Shown: in pieces, positions 59,201-64,000 of the stretch | Numbering within the stretch: the first letter of the stretch is position 1 | How the letters are laid out: every line of letters starts with the position of its first letter | NCBI GenBank assembly: GCA_964270895.1 | Contig: OZ185448.1 | Reading direction: 5' to 3' (one strand) | Origin: Podarcis filfolensis | Taxonomy: Eukaryota | DNA length: 64,000 nucleotides | The notes under the pieces: model-generated | Seen by the model: only the letters and a program-made list of their open reading frames with translations | Told to the model about the DNA's origin: nothing | The model's database searches: none | Program-made: the position numbers and the translations under genes

Positions 59201-61667
59201 ATAAAATGCAATAAATAAACAAGATAATGGAAATCTGTCTGCCAAAAGGAAAACCCATCTGTAAGAATAACAGGTGACCAACATTTGCTATCTTTAAATC
59301 AGAGTTACAAAAATCAATTCAAACTCATCATCTCTGCTGCTCTGTATGGAATGGGAAATACTCATAGTGCAAAAAGTTGTCATTAAACACAGCAAACAAT
59401 CTGATGGTATAACGGAAGCATAATCTAAGGCAGCCTTTCCCAACCTTAGGTCCCCAGATGTTACTGGACTATAGTACCTATCATCTGCAACCATGCTGGC
59501 TGGGGCTCATGGGAGTTATAGTCCAACACCATCTGGGGACCCAAGGCTATCCATACTCCTGGACCAGCTTGAATTATCACCACAACAGAGTTAACTGAGT
59601 GAAACAGAATTCGTAAGAGGCATGCTTTGAGCAAATTTACTCTTGCCTAGTACCTTACCTCAAACACTGTCAAACTGTACATCATTACATAGTCATTTCT
59701 TGTGCTCGACAGGAAATAGAGGCAGAATCTCCAGGCGCCAATCTGCTGGGCAAAGTTGTTCAGGAGCTCCTCTGGTTTAAAACCCCCCCCAAAAAAACTG
59801 TGTTAAAATTCATAGAATTTCAAGTCATTTGGCAATTCAGTAGCCTGTTCCAAATAAACTGCACCTTACACAGGGGGCAGGGAAGGGCTCACAGATTATT
59901 ATGCAATTGGACTTTGGGGCAACCTGGGGTACAAAATGTAGTACCTTCTTGAACATAAAAGTAAGGAAGCTCAGGACTGCTAGCTCTCTGCGTTTATCAT
60001 TCAATGGTGGAAAGCAGGGAAGGCCAAGCAGATTTCTAAAGGAAACAATGGGCTTCTGAATTTAGGTAACAGACATGGGAGTCTGGCAGGTCCAAGGATC
60101 ACACTAAACATGATGGTGCTGTAAGACCAGTCTCTTTAATTGCAGCCCTGACCTGATCACATGTCAAGCAAGGAAAGGGTGTGTGTCCTGTGTGCATTCT
60201 GTTTTGAGAACAAAGGAAGACATAGGGAAGGGGTACTAATTTCTTTCCATGTCCACTGCTTATGCAGGGTTCATTTCTGGTACTTCTGGAAGACAAGATT
60301 GTGGGGGTGAGCTAACCTGTGGAGGGAGGGGGAGCAATTTCAACAACCCCTCCTCCTCGTGTACCCCTTTCATTCTTAAAATTAGAACTCCTGCTTTACA
60401 CATGATTGAACCAACTGCACGTTTAAAGAGGTGGGTCAACCTCTGCATCTAAATTTGACTCAAAACAACTTATCCAAAGGGAGTCAAAGGAAGGATAATA
60501 GGTTCTCATTATGGTTCACGTCAGATTTGAATCACCCTTCCAATGACTGGATACCTAAAGATAATGGCTCTGAAACTAGCTCATGCCTCCCGGCAGAGAA
60601 AATTTCTTTTGAAAGAGTCCTCTGGGGGCATATTGTGGTATGCAGACTATTCCCATGCTGAAATGGATGCAGGAGGCGGCAGCAAGTGGGAGAAAGTAAG
60701 AACTTGCAGTTTTGCAGTTCCACAAGAAGCTAAATAACTCACACATACTTTCTGAATTCCATTTGTGCATTTCTGCTTGTGCATCTATTAAGTAAAACAA
60801 GGCACAGAGTCTATATGGCAGGGGTACCTGGCCTTTGGGGGCCCAGGGACACATATATAAATCTAAAAAGTTGTTGTTGGCACCATAAAATCCTAATTTC
60901 ACAGAAGAACAACTGGGAATACTCAGAAGAGTAAATACTCAGAAGAGTAAACCCCCCAAACAAGCCTGTCTCCTCAAAAGTCATTTTCTCCAAAAGATAA
61001 TACAAAACAAAATTGGGAGCGAGAGGGGGGTCTTGGCAGTGTCAGAGAGAGGGTATCTGAGGACATAGTGATGCCCATGGATTTCATGTTGGAGACCCCC
61101 ACCTCTATGACAGCACATAATGTAGGAAATGCCATTATCTACTTGCCTGAAGTAGTAACAATTCCTTCTGAGTGGTTCACTAATTCACAGCTCAAGAGGC
61201 ATTGTAACACATCTATTCATTCATGTAGGTTTTAGGGGACTTCTAAGCAAGACTTGATCAAGCACTTAAGCACAGATATTAGTACTTTGATCATCCAAAT
61301 GACATCTGCCCTCCAGTCAAGGGAGGCCTATGTGTTTCTGAAAGCTTTGGTTGCATTCAATGAGCTTTAAGCATGCAGTGAAATATGAAATGAAGTGGAC
61401 ATATAAAAAATACACACTGGGTTGCATCCAATGGTAGAACTACTCAGAGAATATCTTATCTGGATAAAACCCACAGATTTTAACTATGAAACCTGTTGCC
61501 ATCCTTTCAGGTGTCATGCCTAGCCAAAGGCATTTGGTACTGAGGCTGGAGAATGTGGAAATGATACTGAGCTTACCAATCTCACGCTTCCTTTCATTAG
61601 TAGTGCAATTGTGGAAAAACTCTGTCATTAGACTCTCCAAAGCTCGCAGCGAGGCCTCTTCTGATGC
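29142..61667 (-). CDS. XPO6: Exportin-6 (actin/profilin export receptor), exons 2-24; ATG exon upstream of window
   Basis: 23 exons join in frame (3375 nt; adding the ATG gives 1125 aa, the length I recall for human XPO6). Runs from ASEEASLRALESLMTEFFH to DLPSFTQNVHRLVNDLRYYRLCNDSLPPGTVKL*. All junctions GT-AG. Confidence 0.97.
29298..29325. repeat. (AAC)n microsatellite, about 9 units, XPO6 last intron
   Basis: acaacaacaacaacaacaacaacaacaa. Confidence 0.9.
30074..30304 (-). CDS. XPO6: XPO6 exon 23
   Basis: KIFRTAMLFQFVNVLLQVLVHKSHDLLQEEIGIAIYNMASVDFD...GRNFKMDR; 231 nt. Confidence 0.95.
31125..31223 (-). CDS. XPO6: XPO6 exon 22
   Basis: AFGQSFLQPDIHLFKQNLFYLETLNTKQKLYHK; 99 nt. Confidence 0.95.
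32501..32662 (-). CDS. XPO6: XPO6 exon 21
   Basis: RSSPDVKAELFELLFRVLHHNWRYFFKSSILASVQRGVADEQMENEAQFSAIMQ; 162 nt. Confidence 0.95.
33299..33470 (-). CDS. XPO6: XPO6 exon 20
   Basis: EQLAESILHDGSTGCRVVEKFLRILQVVVQEPGQVFKPFLPNIISLCMEQVYPIVAE; 172 nt. Confidence 0.95.
33694..33808 (-). CDS. XPO6: XPO6 exon 19
   Basis: VTDEMLSFFLTLFQGLRVQMGVPFTEQVIQTFLNMFT; 115 nt. Confidence 0.95.
34065..34290. mobile_element. Tigger/pogo-like MITE, copy 2
   Basis: TA|cagtggtacctcgggttaa...gtaacccaaggtaccactg|TA; 226 bp; highly similar to copy 1. Confidence 0.9.
35931..36188. mobile_element. Tigger/pogo-like MITE, copy 3 (extra internal units)
   Basis: TA|cagtggtacctctggttac...gtaacccgaggtaccactg|TA; 258 bp. 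Confidence 0.9.
36410..36565 (-). CDS. XPO6: XPO6 exon 18
   Basis: KTVIHQTLSVLEDIVESISGEATKSRQLCYQSLQESVQVSLALFPAFIHQS; 156 nt. Confidence 0.95.
37063..37172. repeat. Degenerate inverted repeat (probable old MITE)
   Basis: aattaggctttaaacccctgattaaacatgtggttg vs caaccacaggttgaattaggatttaaaaccttaatt; imperfect ~36-bp arms. Confidence 0.45.
37844..38033 (-). CDS. XPO6: XPO6 exon 17
   Basis: AQILVCRALSNILLLPWPNLPESEQQWAIRSNNHASLISALTRDYRSLKSSAILPQRKIQQDD; 190 nt. Confidence 0.95.
38259..38484 (-). mobile_element. tRNA-derived SINE (Squam2 / Anolis SINE2-like)
   Basis: Minus strand agagccagtgtggtgtagtggttaagagcggtagactc...ccgggttcgcttcccc head, CORE-like gggtgatcttgggctagtcac, and gatatcaaatccaaa tail. 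Confidence 0.8.
38694..38840 (-). CDS. XPO6: XPO6 exon 16
   Basis: VQEKLLLSSCHLLVSLATTVRPVFLISIPAVQKMFNRITDTSAQRLPDK; 147 nt. Confidence 0.95.
39604..39748 (-). CDS. XPO6: XPO6 exon 15
   Basis: HAQSLAALQAYCHWLAQFYGEVHRQNPTQFVSLISTALEAITPLISSK; 145 nt. Confidence 0.95.
39889..39978. mobile_element. hAT-type MITE with internal deletion
   Basis: cagcctttctcaacctggg.../...cccaaggctgagaaaggctg TIRs; ggactacaactcccatcatc core shared with 1380-1515. Confidence 0.75.
40553..40645 (-). CDS. XPO6: XPO6 exon 14
   Basis: LVKVTLYGSQIKLYNIETAVPSVLKPDLID; 93 nt. Confidence 0.95.
40860..41480 (-). mobile_element. Older L1 LINE 3' fragment (XPO6 intron 13, sense to XPO6)
   Basis: Minus strand encodes ETFLLGIKGTELPKLHRNLFMYATAVARMLLAQKWKEAEVPAKEEW, an L1 ORF2 C-terminal motif, followed by an A-rich 3' UTR. 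Confidence 0.8.
41019..41074. repeat. 19-bp tandem triplication inside the L1 3' UTR
   Basis: (catctactttaaatatatt) x3. Confidence 0.9.
42444..42603 (-). CDS. XPO6: XPO6 exon 13
   Basis: HRLNITAENDCRRLHCSLRDLSSLLQAVGRLAEYFTGDMFAARFSDAHTVVE; 160 nt. Confidence 0.95.
43182..43437. repeat. Near-perfect long inverted repeat (116-bp arms, 24-nt spacer)
   Basis: 43182-43297 is the reverse complement of 43322-43437 with 2 mismatches (read by eye). Confidence 0.95.
43525..44080 (+). mobile_element. Degenerate L2 LINE 3' fragment
   Basis: gactacggcaaaacgttctac..cagaatgtggcagctaga and ggcagagggctttcccaggggtggcaccc motifs resemble the L2 at 20026-20420. Confidence 0.55.
44522..44591 (-). CDS. XPO6: XPO6 exon 12
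   Basis: FPVLQENLDVYLGLQQFIVNSGT; 70 nt. Confidence 0.94.
45021..45355 (-). mobile_element. Young 5'-truncated L1 3' end with poly(A) and 76-bp TSD
   Basis: Minus strand EEWKKFKDYLKKYYKVNES* ORF2 end, A-rich 3' UTR, AATAAA (45037-45042) and poly(A); identical flanks at 44945-45020 and 45356-45431. Confidence 0.9.
47447..47539 (-). CDS. XPO6: XPO6 exon 11
   Basis: QQTEWQRYLRQSLEVVAKVMELLPTHAFSTL; 93 nt. Confidence 0.95.
47980..48088 (-). CDS. XPO6: XPO6 exon 10
   Basis: YEDALVLLLTEVLNRIQFRYNQAQLEELDDETLDDD; 109 nt. Confidence 0.95.
51208..51317 (-). CDS. XPO6: XPO6 exon 9
   Basis: PTHEGYFSCLDIWTLFLDYLTSKIKSRLADKEAVLN; 110 nt. Confidence 0.95.
52282..52408 (-). CDS. XPO6: XPO6 exon 8
   Basis: YIEKFTDFLRLFVSVHLRRIESYSQFPVVEFLALLFKYTFHQ; 127 nt. 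Confidence 0.95.
54290..54478. mobile_element. Palindromic MITE-like family (also ~29830-29900, ~51490-51625, ~62331-62470)
   Basis: catggct.....ccaaag.atcctgggaactg.agttt / aaactagttcccagaattctttggg inverted arms recur at several loci in this window. Confidence 0.65.
55047..55500 (-). CDS. XPO6: XPO6 exon 7
   Basis: DLLSSLLQSPSTAKLLNQPIPVLD...KSRLEELDE; 454 nt. Confidence 0.95.
57022..57099 (-). CDS. XPO6: XPO6 exon 6
   Basis: ILESIWDKYSVTAATPPPSPTSGES; 78 nt. Confidence 0.95.
57406..57565 (-). CDS. XPO6: XPO6 exon 5
   Basis: LIQSPATTPLGLIMLKTTSEELACPREDLSIARKEELRKLLLEQVQTVLGLLT; 160 nt. Confidence 0.95.
58601..58798 (-). CDS. XPO6: XPO6 exon 4
   Basis: NLINKMWLGVPSQDKMEIRSCLPKLLL...FFTNILQ; 198 nt. 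Confidence 0.95.
59431..59548. mobile_element. hAT-type MITE, degenerate
   Basis: cagcctttcccaaccttaggtccccagatg...catctggggacccaagg inverted arms. Confidence 0.7.
59659..59771 (-). CDS. XPO6: XPO6 exon 3
   Basis: ELLNNFAQQIGAWRFCLYFLSSTRNDYVMMYSLTVFE; 113 nt. Confidence 0.95.
60918..60949. repeat. 16-bp tandem duplication
   Basis: (aatactcagaagagta) x2. Confidence 0.85.
61577..61667 (-). CDS. XPO6: XPO6 exon 2
   Basis: ASEEASLRALESLMTEFFHNCTTNERKREI; 91 nt; tgtcag|...|gtaagc. Confidence 0.95.
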
Positions 61668-62165
61668 CTGACAATGACATTTCAAGAACAGTGTTAACAT
61701 TAGGTTCCCCTAGTTCAACCTAATATTGCTCTAGGGTTTTTTTTCCCATTAATTAATCTATCTATTAGGCTACCTATGTTGGACCTAAACACTCCTTCTA
61801 CCTTTCTGCTCATGTTCTCCCACCCCAAACATTCTCCTCACAAAAAAACAACCAACCCCAAACCCTCCTGTCTTATGAGCAAAATTATGCAGCGTAGATC
61901 CATTTAAGTTTTGTGTTTACAAGAACATTTGGGCATTCTTATTACAGAATTTGGAAATCTGGAGGCAGAGTTCACAGAGCCCTTAATGGAACAAAGGCTC
62001 TGGTTAAGTACCAAAGCCAAGGTTTACAGATCAAGATTGAGCATACCTAGGAAGAAGAGGGCAGGGGAATTTGCACACAAGAGAGGAAGGGATGAGTAAG
62101 GTGAGCTCAAACCAGATTGTCTAACAGGGCCTAAGGCTGTATGCACAACATACACCTTTAAAGTA

Positions 62166-62330
62166 CAGTGGTACCTCAGTTCCCAAACGCCCCCGTTGTC
62201 AAACATTTCGGAAGCCAAACGCCGAAAACCTGGAAGTAAATGCTTCCATTTTTGAATGTTTTTTGGAACCCGAACATGTGATGCAGCTTCCGCTGAGTGC
62301 AAGAAGATTATGTTCAGGAACCGAGATACG
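62166..62330. mobile_element. Second Tigger-like MITE subfamily, damaged right end
   Basis: TA|cagtggtacctcagttcccaaacg left TIR; partial right TIR gttcaggaaccgagatac. Confidence 0.6.
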
Positions 62331-64000
62331 GTGCATTCAAATCACATGTCCCCCCCTAAAAAGAATTGTGGGCACTGTAGTTTACCCCTCAAAGAGCTAC
62401 AATTCTCAGCAACTCTTAACAAACCACATTGCCCAGAATTCTTTGAGGAGAGAAATGTGCTTTGAATGTGCTCTAAGTTACAGTGTGTACACAGCCTAGT
62501 CATTTTACTAATAGTTATAAATGAATAAGATAGCCGAAGTATTGTTACAACAGGTGAGAATTTGCTTTTAAAATGTTACATAGAGAATGAAGCCTAGCTA
62601 TTGTTGCATATTCAGTATTAAATGACAAAAGCAGGCAGCCAGAGCTCAAGGAATCCAGCATCGCAACTGTTCTAGGGAGCTTTCCAAGACTATGCCTGAA
62701 AAATATTTTTAGCTTTTAACATACAAAACTGCATTTCTAGAGTATCCACCCTGTTACAACTGGATTTCCTCAATTTCCAATGGAAAGTAGTGGTAAGGAA
62801 AAATATACTTAACCAGTTCTGAACTCAGAAACACCTTTACAAAAGCTACATTTAGACAGGCTTACACACTGCAGTTTGTATCTTAGCAACAGAATACTGC
62901 ATTTTCATATTCTCTTCATAAGCTTAAAATAGAAACCTATCCTTTAAGAATGTTTGTTGAGAGAAGGTTATTCTAATAACGATAAAGAATGGACGGTTGT
63001 CAAAACCAATCCTGCGTTTATATGCTCTAAGGACTCTAAGTTATTCTTTAATCACATTTTTGACAGCAGATGCAAAAGCAGAACTGTACACAAGACTTTC
63101 TACCATACTTTTTCTTCAGTTCTCTAAGCTACTTTGTATGCTATTACATTCAAATATTTTCGAAAAGGTTTTTTAAAAAAATCTTTCCCGGCTCCATGCT
63201 TGGCCAGAATGCTCAGAACAGCTATTCTGTACTCCTTTGCCTTGCACTGGGATTCAAAATTCAAAAGGTCCCAGGTTTCACCTCCAGCATCTCTAAGTAG
63301 GGTTGGGAGGGACCCCTGTCTGAAACCCTAGAAAGCTGCTGCCATTCACTGTAGACAATACTGAATTAATTGACCAGTTGTCTAACTCAGGATAAGAAAA
63401 GAGGTCAACAACAACAAAAGATAACCTATTGCCAAGTACTGTATCCCCCTGCAGCAGCAGACAAGGACCAGCTACACCTTCCAAGGTTACCTTCCGAACC
63501 CTATTCTGGCCTTCGTAGAGACAATGCTGAGCAATTCTGGGAAACTGGGGTCATTCCTAGCTTGCCATGGCTCAAACTGTTCCTTCTTATGCACTTTTCT
63601 TATCTGTAAAATGGGAATCTCAGCCATGCTGCAATTCTACCCGCAATTCCAGATGTATTCAACTCTGAATCCCATGTGCACTGCCAGACATTTACAAAAA
63701 GGATGTATTTTAATTCCATCAGTGCATAATTCAAAATAAAAGGCTCTCTGGAAGAGGAAGCAAGAAGATTTGGGAAATTTTTTATAATTCCTATACTCCA
63801 GTGGGCTGGGTTCCCAGCCAGCTCTTTAGAATACAAAAGAAACTCATTTTTTAGATTTCAGCTGCTATGTCTAAAGAGTAGTGAAGCAGTGTTAAAAACT
63901 GAGCTAAATGGCACCTTCAACCTAGATTATCGGCGAAACAACGGAATGTCCGGGCATGCTTTTTTATAACAAGAATACAAAACTGAAAATGAATGAACTG

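Noticed and set aside
29142-61667. U12-type (minor) introns or intronic snoRNAs in XPO6
   Set aside because: All donors are ordinary GT with no RTATCCT signature, and I could not identify convincing C/D or H/ACA box pairs by eye. A covariance-model scan would be needed to exclude snoRNAs.

Overview
Squamate reptile genomic DNA, probably a lacertid lizard (inferred from Sauria SINEs and squamate-type CR1/L2/L1/MITE repeats). The window holds three intron-containing genes, each reconstructed by hand with GT-AG junctions and consistent reading phase. (1) The 3' part of LUC7L on + (8 exons, 735-11428). (2) A complete NME4 on - (5 exons, 23649-16525, 200 aa, CpG-island/TATA promoter). (3) XPO6 on - (exons 2-24, 61667-29142; the ATG exon lies beyond the window). 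Most ORFs in the supplied track are exon read-throughs, antisense shadows or repeat-derived. Most notable observations: a near-perfect 116-bp-arm hairpin in XPO6 intron 12; a young L1 3' fragment with an unusually long 76-bp target-site duplication and a sense-oriented AATAAA in XPO6 intron 11; candidate poison exons in LUC7L and XPO6; several alternative 3' ends for LUC7L; and a LUC7L-NME4-XPO6 gene order that differs from human. I found no clearly new multi-gene system. The regulatory candidates are inferences that need RNA-seq and conservation tests. Boundaries of degenerate repeats are approximate, and repeat family names come from recalled motifs, not database searches.
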